The notes beneath the pieces are model-generated. The model searched no databases, was not told the DNA's origin, and saw only the letters and a list, made by a program, of their open reading frames with translations. Position numbers and translations under genes: made by a program. Below are positions 14,306-26,766 of a stretch of DNA of 64,000 nt, in pieces. Each line of letters begins with the position of its first letter. Positions within the stretch are counted from its first letter, which is position 1. This stretch comes from Callorhinchus milii (lineage: Eukaryota). Location of the stretch: the NCBI RefSeq assembly GCF_018977255.1, contig NW_024704743.1, positions 80,354,001 to 80,418,000 on the forward strand. The letters run 5' to 3'.

Positions 14306-15656
14306 TAATCTTCCAGGTGTGGAAACCCACCCCCATTCTTAAGAGGATCCAAACCAAACTGCTGGGTTTTACATAATTTCAATTTGTTTCGAATGGAATT
14401 TGCACTCTCTTTCTAGAAGGACATACATCTCTCATCTAATCCTGAAAATACAGTATTAGGCTTAGGTTGCCAAGAGCCAAAGTTTGTGTTGGGTGTGTTC
14501 AGGGTACTGCTGAATTTTAATCTGATTGCCATTGAGAGCACACTCGGGCAAGCTTCCAATGGATTAGAAGCGAGTCATACAATGATGTATTCAACAAGAT
14601 TTATGTCATGTGATTGTTCAAAACCTTAATTTATCAAACATTTTGATGAAGACAGGCTTTTTATTAACAAACCACGCAGATTAAAATACAATGGATGTTC
14701 TGCAACACAATGGTAGCAATGCAAACAACGTTCTGAGTCTGAGAGATCGTGATTGACAGTGATTATAATGTACTGAACGAACTGTAGATATTCATATCAA
14801 ATGCCAAACATACTGAAAAAATCACAGTGTGTTTCAAGGCTGTGCCAGACCTCACAGCATCCGTTATTCCAAAATAATCAGTACATTGAAATTCAGTTAA
14901 TAGAATAGCGGATAATTACATAGTTCTGTTTATTGAATAGAATTTAAAAGAAAAGAATTAGGAGTATAAAAGGCATTCCTATGCCCAGGAAAGGAGAGTC
15001 TGGAGACGAGGAGGTCCAGGAGCTACTGATCTACAAATGCCTTCGCAGTTTTGCCTCTTTATCCTTTTCAACCTCCTCCAACTCTATTACCCAGTTTGTC
15101 TTGCCTTCAAAACCTTCTTAAAATCATATCTATTTGATCGTGTTTTGGTGAGCACCCTCAAACTCCCATTCCTGCCTTCTCTGCTCGAAGATCCCCAATT
15201 GTCTTTGTGAAGCATTTTGAGATGTTACCAAACTGCTAGCACCAGGAAATCTTTCCTCACATGCTGCTGAGACAATCTGTCTGCCTCCAAAAGATCCAAT
15301 CTGAAAGCAACACAATTTACCTAACATGATAAATCTTTTTAATTGGTCCCAAAATAAATTGGATGCCCTCCCATTACTATCAGGATCAGTTGTATCTATT
15401 GTGCATAGAGTCCAATTTTAATTTACATGAATGTTACGCAGATTTGATTGCTGATAGTGTTATTTGTGTTAAATTGGTATCTTTTAATGTGTAAGTGCAC
15501 CTCTCAGCAGTTCGAACATGCGAACAATTTAGCTATAATCAACTGCAGGCTCCGTTATATTTATGCCTTTTCAATTTTGGACATCAAGGAAACATTAGTA
15601 CACAGTTTCTAACAGAACCAATTTAATGTGCTTTCCTTTGCAGCAAAGGTCATACC

Positions 15657-16099
15657 TTAATAATAATAATAATCCTCGCATTTGATATAGTGCCTTATCA
15701 CATCTTCAAGACATCTCAAAGCGCTTTACAAAATATACTGTTAAGTGAATTAACTATATTTTTAATATTATTATTATTATATTTTTGTGGATGAAATACG
15801 GCAGCCAATTGCACATAGCAGTGTCACACAAACAGTTGTGGGATGAGTGACCAAGTTATTATTTTTTTTATTATTTTTGAATGGAGTTTGCACTCTTTCT
15901 CTAGAAGGACATGAAGGAATTTTTACCCCCGGAAAAGCGATCCACCAATCGACTCACAAGCGGGTTCCTACATTCTGCTAGGTAAACAAAGGCGTGTGGA
16001 GTAAGGAAACTTACCCAACATTTTGCCCTGCCCAGGAATCAAACCCGGATCCTCTCGCTTGCGAGGTAAGTACTCTAACCAATAAGCTGCAGGATTCCA
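15657..16099 (-). mobile_element. tRNA-derived SINE, long variant
   Basis: (TAA)n tail, L2-type 3' end, Deu-like segment, GGAAAAGCGATCCACCAAT middle, and tRNA-like head ending GGATTCCAC. Confidence 0.85.
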
Positions 16100-16539
16100 C
16101 TAATCAGCCCCTCTCTGACCCATATATTCTTACCTGCAAAAAATGTATTCAACGCACAAAAGTTTATTAGATTATCTAATAAAAGTTTCAAAAGAAGTCA
16201 CACTGCAATGTTTTATTATCCTTAGATACTCTTGATTAATTTTTACCTGATTGTTTTTTCTAGGACATTTATTTTTTCTTTGTCTTTTTTTTGGTCTTTA
16301 CTTGTCCAGCAAGAGCAGGATTGAGATGGTGTGTGGACTCTTGCACAGCTTTGTGGATAGTACAGATTGGAATGGAATGTGCATTCTCTCACTGGAGGGA
16401 CACATCCTGCTTAGCTAATTCCAGAAAGTATTAGGTGCAAGTTGGTCATTTGGCCAACTAGTGACAATCCTCCTTGGGGGGCAGGTAAGTGGAATGTCGG
16501 AATTGAGTCAGCCCTCTGTAGCAGTCTGCTGGAAATCAC

Positions 16540-17175
16540 TTCTATCTATAAAACTGTGCAGAGATTCAGGGCAATGTGCCTGAAAGCATGGGCAGCCAAT
16601 GATGAAGTGGAGGGGGCAAGGGACGTGCAGAAGACCCTAGTCAGCTGAGCGAAGGTGGCTGGGCAGTGGGGGTGGGGGTGAACAGATTGGAAAGATAGGA
16701 AGGTGCCAGAGATGAAATTATTTGAAAATGAAGATCTTGGAATCGATCCATTCTGCCACAGGGAGCCAGTGGAGCTGCTAAGGACTGAAGTGATGGTGGT
16801 GCAGAGTCTGATATGGGTGAGGACTTGAGTAGCAGAGCTTTATATCATCTGGACCTTGTTTATAGTAGACTTGGGGAAACTGGTGACGAGTGCATTGATA
16901 AAATCAAGGCGGGAGATGATGAAAGCATGTTTTCTGCAGCATTTGAAGATAGGGTTGAAGGCAGGCAATGTGGCAGAGGTGGAGGTAGGCAGTCCTGGTC
17001 AGAGACCAGTTGTAAGGTAGAAAGGATAACTGGGGACCAAACCTGATGCCAGGTTTGCAGACAGGTTTGGTGAATCTGAGGGATAGGCAGGGAGGTTAAG
17101 GTGTTCAGAATAACAGGTAAGAAGACATTGACGAGAGTCAAGGAGAATGGCTTCCATCTTGTCCATGTTCAGCTT
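16540..17175 (-). mobile_element. Old degenerate L2 fragment
   Basis: Purine-rich, with L2 landmarks such as GGGAGCCAGTGGAGCTG and AAGATCTTGGAATCGATCC. Confidence 0.6.
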
Positions 17176-17424
17176 TAATAACAGTAAAACGCAAACTCTT
17201 GACTATAGTCTTTTAGTAAAAACAGATTATATCCCACAATCTAGAATATATTGCTATCTGGTAAAACACAACCTGTGAGAGTATAAAGAGAGTTATCTCA
17301 TATAATTTGCCTTTAAGATGGATTAAAAATAATATAAATTACTCGATACAATGATATTCAATCAAAAAAGTGGTTGAATCAGAAAATGCCATGAAGATGA
17401 GGTGGCTTTTTTTTCTCTACAAGA

Positions 17425-17690
17425 TAATAATAATATTAATAATAATAATTCTTGCATTTTGATACAGCACCTTATTACGTCTTCAAGATGTCTCAAAGCG
17501 CTTCACAGAATATACTGTTAAGTAAATTGACTGTATATTTTGTGGGCGAAACACGGCAGCCAATTGAGTAAAGCAGTGTCCCACAAACAGCTGTGGATTG
17601 AGTGACAATTTTTTTTAAAAAAGGAATTATTACCCCGGGAAAAGCGATCCACCAATGGACGAATGACTGAGTTCCTACTTACTGCAGATC
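17425..17690 (-). mobile_element. SINE long variant, 5'-truncated
   Basis: Same tail, Deu-like segment and GGAAAAGCGATCCACCAAT middle as 15657-16099; no head. Confidence 0.8.
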
Positions 17691-18982
17691 AATGACACGT
17701 GCAATAGACTTCAGATAAACAGTTAATACTTGTCAATTAACATCTCTTTATAAAAAGCTGACTGTGTTTGTCAAGAACTGTGGTTACAGTTAGAATTTAT
17801 TACAGCTAGAATTTATTAAATGCCATAACCATGACGACTGCTGAGTTTTGGTACGATGGAAAGGTCGGATTAAGGAGGGCAATTGGCTTAGGGTGTGCAA
17901 TGTAGGATGTAAAGCTAGCATGTTGTTGGATATTTGGTTAATTTATCTTGGATGACAAGGGTAACAAACTCCTTTGTACAGGAGTTTCAATGAAATGAGT
18001 GGAGTCCACAGCAGACATTGTTTATTCACAATACACCACAATACAAATTTACATTTTTATAGCACGTTTAATGGTAGGAGGACATCTGAAAGTGCTTGAT
18101 ATTGTTGGCCTGGCAATCAAGCTGGGGGTAGGAGCCGAGGGAGGTGGGGAAGCGAAAGATGATGGAAAGAGAGGTCAAACAGCTAAGTCTTGAAATGGAT
18201 CTTGAACAAGGTGAGGAAGATAACAAGTTGGTGGGACTCTGGGATGGAAAGAGAGAACTCGATGAACTGAACAGTCTTTTCTCAATCTGTGCCTTGTGCT
18301 ATTGCCCAGTGATGGAAAAGTTATCTTGTATAGGTTGACAAAAAGGCAGAATATCATTTGAAAAAACACACTTTGCCTTACCATAACTTTGTATAAATTA
18401 GAAATGAGTTGTGTTACAATAAGAAGTCTAAATAGGTTTGCATAATTTAATCTTGTTACAGTGGAAATAGTTCTGTAGATTGTGCTGCGATGATGAATGC
18501 AGTACCATTTGCTTAGGTTTCATCCTGACTGACAAACTGGTAAGCAATTTAATAGATCACAAGCCCTTGGGCAGCTGCCAGAGCAGCTGATGGCATAACA
18601 TCTTACTGTAAGATAATGTTGTGCAGCTAGTTTGAAATGATCTGATTTGCATTTATTATCTGCCTCTTATAATTTTAATGCAATTTGGTATCACTTTTAA
18701 AAAGCGTTTAATACTGTGTGTGACAGATTGTGGTCTATCTTCTGCATCTGCCATCGCAAAAAAGAGATTCATCCATTCTTGAAACCCATGTTACAGAGTG
18801 AGTATTTGTTTAACTATGTGAGGAAGGCAACCGGCAACTTTTTTGGATTAGTACTTAAATCATTTGAAACATCCATTCTTCTTCCCCTGGCCATTTCTGT
18901 CTTTCACTTTGCTATTTCTTTAATTTTGCATTGCATTCTTTGATCTTTCCTTAATAAGCTTATGCTATCAATTCATTGATAT

Positions 18983-19305
18983 GTGGAGCCCTATAGCTCA
19001 GTGGTTAGAGCACTCGCTTTGCAAGCGAGAGACCTGAGTTCAATTCCAGGCAGGGCGAAACCTTGGGCAAGTTTCCTTACTCCACACGCCTAATAATAAT
19101 CCCTCCAAAACCAAAATCAATAATAAATTGGTCATTTTCAATCTACGACTGTTTGTGGGACATTGCTGTGCGCAATTGGCTGCCGCGTTCGCCCACAAAT
19201 ATACAGTCAATTCACTTTACAGTGTGTTCTGTGCAGTGCTTTGGGACGTCCTCCTGACGTGAAAAGCGCTATATCAAATGCAAGCATTATTATTATTATA
19301 TTATT
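18983..19305 (+). mobile_element. Young tRNA-Ala-like SINE, short variant (type A)
   Basis: A box TAGCTCAGTGG, TGC loop, B box GAGTTCAATTCC, CCTTGGGCAAGTT, Deu-like 3' part, L2-type tail and (TTA)n; near-identical to the copies at 31958, 33389, 44747. Confidence 0.92.
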
Positions 19306-19418
19306 ATATTCCTTATTTTCTTTCACATTTTATCTGTCTTGTGGCCTTTTATTCCCCTAATTCCTTCCCTCCTATTTCATTGCAGTTGCATTGCAATTTA
19401 CACTTTTTACTTCACATT

Positions 19419-19643
19419 GTGGAGGCCTGTAGCTCAGTGGTTAGTCCCTCCACTTGTCCCCTCCCTTGCCTCCTTCAAGACCCATCTCAAGACCTTCGTC
19501 TTCGACCGTGCTTTCGACCTCTCTGCTTCCCCCCCTGCCCTTCACCCTCCCCAATCCCGACCCCCAGCTCAGATCCGAAACTCTGTCTGTCCAGCGCCTT
19601 GGACGTGAAAGGTGCTATACAAATGTAATTTTGTTGTTGTTGT
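19419..19643 (+). mobile_element. 26-bp SINE head fused to an L2 3' end
   Basis: GTGGAGGCCTGTAGCTCAGTGGTTAG joined directly to the L2 SFKTHLKTFVFDRAF region and a (TTG)n tail. Confidence 0.75.
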
Positions 19644-20992
19644 AATGTGTTTGTTGATTATTATAACCACTGTTTGATATTTCTTGACCGTGATGCAAAT
19701 CAATAAACTCCTGAGATTTCCCATTAGAGAATAAGCGTCCCATATCCACAGATTGGCTAAACAGTTGTTCACTTAACTGCAGAGTGCTTCACGATTAGCT
19801 GGAAATAAAGCTAGTTGGGCTCAATTCTATAATTCTGCTTATAGAGACATTGGGTTTATTTTTACTGAGTGTGTGCATTACAGATAATGGGATTTCAGTA
19901 CAGGCAGGCAGACGGGACCTAAGGCCCAGGCTTGATGACCAGAAAAGTATGGATTTCATGCTTCTTTGCCAAATAAAAACTGGAAAAAGAATTATTCAAA
20001 AACTACAAATGACACCAATAATCCAACCAGTGCAACCACTGTTTTCTGGTAATTGGGAGCTATTGGAAGGCCTGAAACATTAAGTTAAAAGCTGCCCTGG
20101 TGGATAGAATTAAAAATTAAATGTTTGTTGCATCAAAAATTATCGTTTATCATTAAACACTAAATAATAAAACTAAAATGATTGCAAATTCTGACTCTGT
20201 GATAATTAGTGCTGGTGATAGTAATCACAAAGCAATAATTATAACATCAAACAGTTATAAACCATATAAATTGTGTAATAGCTCTTTTTCTTTGATGCAA
20301 CGAGAAACAGAAAAGGAGAAATTATTAGAGGATTCCATGGATTGACCAAAATAAATAGTCGGAGCTCAACAATGGAGAAAGTTACAGTGTCAAAGCAAAC
20401 AATTCTTGATCTATGTCAGCAGTTGTGAGGTAGTTTAGAACCAGTTCCTCAGGGAACACGCTTTGGCAGTGGCAAGGTGACAGCTATCATCTTCTATATA
20501 ATGATCAAGAAAATCTAATAAATTGATGGTACAGGTTCAATGGTATAAAGAGCCAAGAAGTAAATACCCAATTTTATTTTAAAAATTCAATGTTTTTACA
20601 TTTTAAGCACTACATAAATGCAAGTTGTTGTTGTTAAATCCTTGCAGTACTCAAAACTCCACTAAATATGAATAGTAAAGTATTTTCTTACACTCTTTCT
20701 TCTTTTATATGCTAAATTTGCTTAGCCCAACAATGGGATTTAATACTTTGGCTTCAGCTCCATGTCTCCATTGAGAGTATATACGTAGTAACTTTTTGTA
20801 AACCAGCAGTTTATTCAATCATGGAAAATCACTTGCAAATGTCATTACTGTGTATAATCAGCACAGCAATATTTATTTTGTTTACAATGACTTGCCATTG
20901 GCATTTTATGAGTTGCATCTTTGTAGTTAACCAGGGTCTTAACATTCCCACAATAAGATCCTGGATTTCTATCTCCTCTCTGTCATCTCTGA

Positions 20993-21203
20993 TTAATAAT
21001 AATCCCTCCAAAACCAAAAACAATAATAAAATTGGTCATTTTCAATCTACGACTGTTTGTGGGACATTGCTGTGCGCAATTGGCTGCTGCGTACGCCCAC
21101 AAATATACAGTCAATTCACTTTACAGTGTGTTCTGTGAAGCGCTTTGGGACATCCTCCTGACGTGAAAAGCGCTATATCAAATGCAAGGATTATTATTAT
21201 TAT
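20993..21203 (+). mobile_element. Type A SINE 3' half
   Basis: Matches the 3' two-thirds of 18983-19305. Confidence 0.88.
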
Positions 21204-21320
21204 CTCTAATGAGCTCATGTGTAAACACTGCCTCTTGTGGTCTTCAGGGACTCCAAGAACATGGTCATTATTTTGCCTGACTGTCCAACATCACTGAAAT
21301 GTTTGCTATCTTTTGAGTAG

Positions 21321-21530
21321 AAATTCCACCAGGGTATAGATTTACTCTATTAACATAGCATTCCAGAGTGTGCAGTATTTGGCAAATTGTTGAATTTACT
21401 TTTAATTTTAAAGCAGGTTTTCTGCAGTTTCTTAAAAGAACTTCCAGAAAACCAGTTTTAAAATTAAAGACTGTTTAAGAATTTGACAAATTCAGGTCAC
21501 TGAAATGCTATGTTAACAGATAAAATGCAG
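21321..21530. repeat. Palindromic (hairpin) repeat, MITE-like
   Basis: TTAACATAGCATTCCAG pairs with CTGAAATGCTATGTTAA, and the inner arms also pair; related sequence at 12251-12360 and 40645-40900. Confidence 0.7.
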
Positions 21531-21549
21531 TCTAATAGATCCATATAGT

Positions 21550-21880
21550 CTAAACTGACATTGCAATGCAGTGCTGGGGTGTGCTGCATTGTTGGAGGTG
21601 CGGTCCTTCAGATGAGATGTTAAACTGAGATGTTAAATATACTTTTCAGGTGGATGTTTAAGATCCCATGGCACTACTCAAAAAGAAAAAGGAATTTCTC
21701 CTGATGTCCTAGTCAACAAACCCACAAATAAAATTGGTACCTCACTCCATGGCTGTTTGTGGGACATTGTTGTGTACAAATTGGCTGCTGGGTTTGTCAC
21801 ACCACTTTACAGTATATCCTGTGAACCACTTAACTGTGTCCTCCTGACCTCAAAGGCACTACATCAAATGTAAGGATTTT
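21550..21880 (+). mobile_element. DeuSINE (SacSINE1-like)
   Basis: GTGCTGCATTGTTGGAGGTGC...GATGAGATGTTAAAC...AGATCCCATGGCACTA...GCTGTTTGTGGGACATTG. Confidence 0.8.
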
Positions 21881-22037
21881 TTTTTGACCATTATAAATAT
21901 AGACCCAGATGAAATTTCTACCCATTCGGATGATAAATTAAACCAAGTCTGTGCCTGCTCAGATGATTGTTAAAAATCCATCCCATCAAAGCTCCACTCA
22001 TTATTTAAATATGATATGACAACAGGATCCATGTCGA

Positions 22038-22271
22038 GCTTGAAATTTCCTGTAAAACCATTTTATATTAAAACCGTAGAACAGAATTGTGGAAAAATTG
22101 TGGAAAAAAATCTTAATTTCACTCTTTCTAGGGGGTAGGTAGTTTAAGAACTGTGGAATATTGCCTTCAAAATTAAAACAGAATTTAAGTTTTTTTTCCA
22201 CAATTCTGGGCAATCTTTTACATTTTAAAGCAGAATGATTTTACAGAATAAGACTCGATGGAATTTCAAGC
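22038..22271. repeat. Nested inverted repeat, MITE-like
   Basis: Three nested arm pairs: GCTTGAAATT/AATTTCAAGC, CTGTAAAA/TTTTACAG, CAGAATTGTGGAAAAA/TTTTTCCACAATTCTG. Confidence 0.6.
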
Positions 22272-23414
22272 ATTTTGGCGTCTTCTATCTGAATATTTGA
22301 AAGCACAAACTGTGTAATGATCCACAGCTATCTCGGCCATAGTGCAAAGGCAAAAATTGATTGTCATATTCCCTAACTTTCCATGTTTGTCCAATTTTTT
22401 GTGATGTCCATCATAATGAGGAATATCACAATGAACATGAGCATCAATTCATTGAGTGTCAGATGTAACAAAGACATAGTAGCTGGATTGAAGGTCTTTG
22501 CAGTTTGGATCATCAATTCTATTAATCCTATCCTAACTCTCCTAATCCCTTCATCTCGCATCCTCTCTCATTGGCCTTCAAAACTTTTTGAAAAACCTAC
22601 CTCATTGAGTGTGCCTTTGATCACCCCTTCCATTTCCCACCTTGTAAAAGGAAAAGGTGACCAATACTTTGAAATATTCACCTTCCTGAAAGATGCTTTA
22701 TGAGTGAAACAAATTCATTGCTGTAGGTCATTTAAATTGGATGTAGATGTGTATGCATCATGTACACATTTGTATACATGTTTAAACATTGGCTGCTGAT
22801 CTCAAACGTAGATCATCGATGAGTACAAAAGAATGCATTCAGAGTCTCAACATTTCTTAGTTGAGCCACAGTAGTAAGTGACGTGGCAAGACTGTGCAGT
22901 CTTCACTGTGATCTACTGATTGGTCCTAATCCAAATTGATATTTTCTTAAATCCTCTCACTTCTGAGCAATTGCATTAAGCCATGAGGAATTTGAGAACT
23001 TTGTCTGTTCCCATTAACATTGCTCCTGGGAGACAGTTTGGGTAAATTGAAACGTATGCCAGTGGTAATTTTGCTTCTTCTCACAGTGTTGAGAAGCATT
23101 GCTCTGAAGTTCTTTTGAGATGCATCTCTGGGTCATGAGAATGTCAGAAGAAGGGATCCCAGGGTACTTAAATAAATCAAAAAGTGCTTTGAGAAGGAAG
23201 CTGAGTTATTGAATGTATTGTCCTAGTTCAGGAGAGAGAAAAAACAATAAAGTGAAAAGTAGAAAGAAAGCTTCCTGTAAATAAACTGCATTTAAATAAT
23301 TAACAACACGTTGCCTATTGACTGCAGAGTCAACAAATTGTATCAAAATAATGGACTCTATGATAGCAATAGGTGGCAGAGTATTGGACCCTATGAATGT
23401 GTCTGTTGACCTGT

Positions 23415-23770
23415 CCGAAGGTGTGGGTTCAAGCTCCACATCAGGACTTTGATTTCACATAGTTTTGGGTCACACTCCAGTTCAGTGCTGGGGGTGTGCT
23501 GCATTGTTGGAGATGTGTCCTTCAGATGAGATGTTAAAACAAGATTCCATCTGCCTGTTCAGGGGGACGTTTAAGATCTCATGGCATCATTTGAGGGAGT
23601 TTCTCCCTTTGTCTCAGCCAACAATCCCCCAAATAAAATATCGTTCTCTTTTTGGCTGTTTATGGGACTTTGCAATACGCAAATGGGTTGCTATGTTTGC
23701 CTACAAATGCTCAGCCATTTCACTTTATAGTATATTCTTTGACTCATAGGCGAGGGTGCTATCAAATGAG
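23415..23770 (+). mobile_element. DeuSINE (SacSINE1-like)
   Basis: Same Deu landmarks as 21550-21880. Confidence 0.78.
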
Positions 23771-24059
23771 CTAACTTTCTCCCCCCCCCGTTTATCTTTC
23801 CTCTATTGAAGGTATTTAACCCCTTTTTNCTTTCCATTGGGATATAGTTTCATGGATGTTAAGCGCTCTTACAAGCCGTTACTTGAGAGTGAGCCTTGAG
23901 AGTGAATGACTATTCAACTCTAGGAGTCATAGAGTTAAGCTCTATGGTCCTCTGATCAGGTGACACCTATAGCACTGCATACAGACCTAATCATCAGAAC
24001 GTAAGGGGGCTGCCCAGATCCTAAAGACAGTGCGGAGGAGAGCAATGAGGTGATCATCA

Positions 24060-24310
24060 GTGTTAGAGGAATGAGCTATGAGATAGGCTAGCACTCTTCA
24101 GTCTTGAAGGAAAATATCTTAGAGTTTACAGAGATAAGATTTTAAATGGGATTGAAAAAGTAAACTCAGAACAGTACTTTTAGATGTGCCGAGATGGGTG
24201 AACGAAATACAGTTTATGGCTAAAAAATGGCAATTTCAGGAAAGACACCAGGAAGTATTTATATACCCAGGTTTTAATTAATAACTGGAACAGGCCACCA
24301 AAATATCAGA
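24060..24310 (+). mobile_element. Old CR1 fragment
   Basis: Degenerate CR1 ORF2 C-terminal landmarks (GGAATGAGCTATGAG...CTCTTCAGTCTTGAA...AAGATTTTAAATGGGATTGA). Confidence 0.5.
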
Positions 24311-24351
24311 AAAGATGTCTGCAGCTGGGACACTCAAGTCATTATTAAACG

Positions 24352-26620
24352 ACAATAATAGTAATAACAACTTGCGCTTATATAGCACCTCCATGCAGGG
24401 TACCATCTCATTGTGCTTAACAGTGGTGGAACCTGACTCCGAGCCGAGGAGGAGGCTTGACCATAAGCATGGGTGAAAAGGAAGGTTTTCAAGTGGTACA
24501 TGAAAAGGGGGAGAGAGAAGGCAAGGCAGAGGGATTGAGGAAGGTGAGGTCCAGAATATAGAATTGTATCCTCTGTGCAATGGGAAGCCAGTGGAATCGG
24601 GCAAGGATGGAGGTGATAGGGCAGCGGAGTCTGGTGTGGGAGAATACATGGGCTGCAGAGTTCCAGATGATCTGCAGCCTATGGAGGGAGGAGTTGGGGA
24701 GGACAACAAGCAGGGAGTTTGCGTTGTTGAGCCTGGATTTTATGGATGCATTTATGAGGGTTTCGGCGGCCTGCCGTGTAAGATAATGGCGGAAGCCGGG
24801 GGATGTTGTGGAGGTGGGGGAAGGCAGAGTGGATCACGGCATGGATATAGGGTAGAAAGGATACTGAGCGTCAAACAACACACCAAGAGATAGAGTTGGG
24901 TGTCATCCACATACATGTGGAAATTGACCCAATATCTGCAGATGATGTCACCAAGAGGGAGCAGACAGATATTGAAAATGAGGGGACCAATGACAGAAGC
25001 CTAAGGAACTCCACAAGAGACAGTGTGGGGGCTAGGAGAGAAACCGTTTGTGGAGATGGTGTGAGAGGTACAAGCTGAACCATTCAAGAACAGAACCATG
25101 AAGGTTGAGGTGAGAGGAGAGGCGATGGAGGAGGATAGAGTGGTCAATGGTATCAAGGCAGCAGAGAGATCAAGGAGGATGAGGAGATAGAGGGAGCCCT
25201 AGTCCCAAATGGACAAAATGTCATTTGTCACTTTGACCAAAGCTGTTTCTGTGCTGTGGGTGACATGGATGCCTGATTGGAGGGGATCGTGAAGGCAGTG
25301 GTGGGAGAGGAAGGAGCGAAGCTGGGAAGCAATGACACATTCAAAGACCTTGGAAAGGAAAGGGAGGTTGGAGATGGGGCAGTAGTTTGAGAGCAGGGAT
25401 GGATCCAGGGAGGGATTTTTTAAGGATAGGAATGATGACGGTTGGACAGGGAGAGGTTTATGTTACCTGTGAGTAGAGGGGCAAGGAGGTGGAGCTGGGA
25501 GGTAAGGAGAGGGGTAGGGAGGGGGTTGAGGTAGCAGATGGTCGGTTTCACGTGGATTACAGTGGTGATGAGAGAGGGGAGGGGAGACAGATTCAAAAAT
25601 GTGGAGGGAGGGACAGGTGGGGGAGATGGGGTGGGGGCAGCAGTCAGAAGGGCAAAGGCAGCTGAGCAGATCCCCTCGACTTTGGTTTTGAGGAGGTCCA
25701 GCATCTCCTCACATTTGCCATTGGAGGAGAGAATGGGCGAGGCTTGAGAGGTTGGGTGGAGGAGCCGGTTGGTGATGGAGAAGAGGAGCCTGGGGTTGTC
25801 CTTGGCCTCCAAGATTGTCTTGGAGCGGAAGGATGGTTCAGCAGCGGCGAAGATGGAGCGGTAAGGTTTGATAAGGTTCAGCCGAATCTGCTGATGGACT
25901 GTTAAGTTCAATTTGAGCCAGGTGTGTTGAGGGGCACAAACCTGAATCTTAAGCAGCAGAGGTGGCTGGTGGACCAGGGTGACTCGATGAGTAGGAGGCA
26001 GTTTGGGAAGTGAGGGTGGCAAGAGCATCAAGAGTGGTGGAATGGAAGTTGTGGAGGAGAGTGACCGAGAAGGATAGGTTATTGCGGGAGGAAGCCTAGA
26101 GGGGACGGAGTTCAGATGACTCTAAGGCAGTGGAGGGTGGGGGGTGAGATTTTTTCCGGGGTTGATAGCAGATGGAGGTGGATTGGATAGCGGTTGGGAA
26201 GATAGGAGGTGGAGATAGAAATGAGAGGTTAGAGGGATTGAGGGTGGTTTTTTTGAGGAGGGGTGTGATAACAGCGGTTTTCAGGGGGAATGGAACAGAG
26301 CCTGAGGAGAGAGATAGGTTGACCTTGTCGGCCAGCAGGGCGGAGAGGAGGGGGAGTTGAGTGACCAACAGTTGGGCAGGGAGGGGGTTGAGGCAGCAGG
26401 TGGCTTCATGTGGGTTATTATGGTTGATAGAGAAGAGGGAGAAATAGGGGCAAAGGAGTCCAAGGAAGGGGGAATGGCAGGAGCAGTGGCGGAGGGACAA
26501 GAGAGTGTGTATGGTCTGGGTGGGGTGGAAGGGGACGGGTGTGGGGGGAGAGGCTGGAGGACAATGCAGATGTTTTCAATCTTTGCGGCTTGATGCTGTA
26601 ATGCGAGGACAGTAGGGTGG
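24352..26620 (-). mobile_element. Composite L2 region (longest L2 remnant plus a second overlapping piece)
   Basis: L2 tail at 24352-24420, RT-region DNA, and upstream linker ORFs ILEAKDNPRLLFSITNRLL and SLSSGSVPFPLKTAVITPLLKK; the linker segment occurs twice. Confidence 0.9.
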
Positions 26621-26766
26621 ATATTATAGAAGGATGAGATCAAATGAGCCAACGGATCTTCCTCATCTCAACTAATCTTGTGATCTTCACCTAGAATCCA
26701 CACAGTTGCACCTCTAGTAGGATTTTCTGGATAACTATCGGAAGCATGAAATCTAGTTGATATCTA

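Noticed and set aside
18490..18590. C/D-box snoRNA-like ATGATGA...CTGA
   Set aside because: No terminal stem or identifiable guide; such short motifs are expected by chance.
19063..19257. Recurrent 'MGKFPYSTRLIII' ORFs suggesting a small gene family
   Set aside because: They are translations of the SINE from a TTG start; the poly-Tyr and poly-Leu ends come from the (TTA)n tail.
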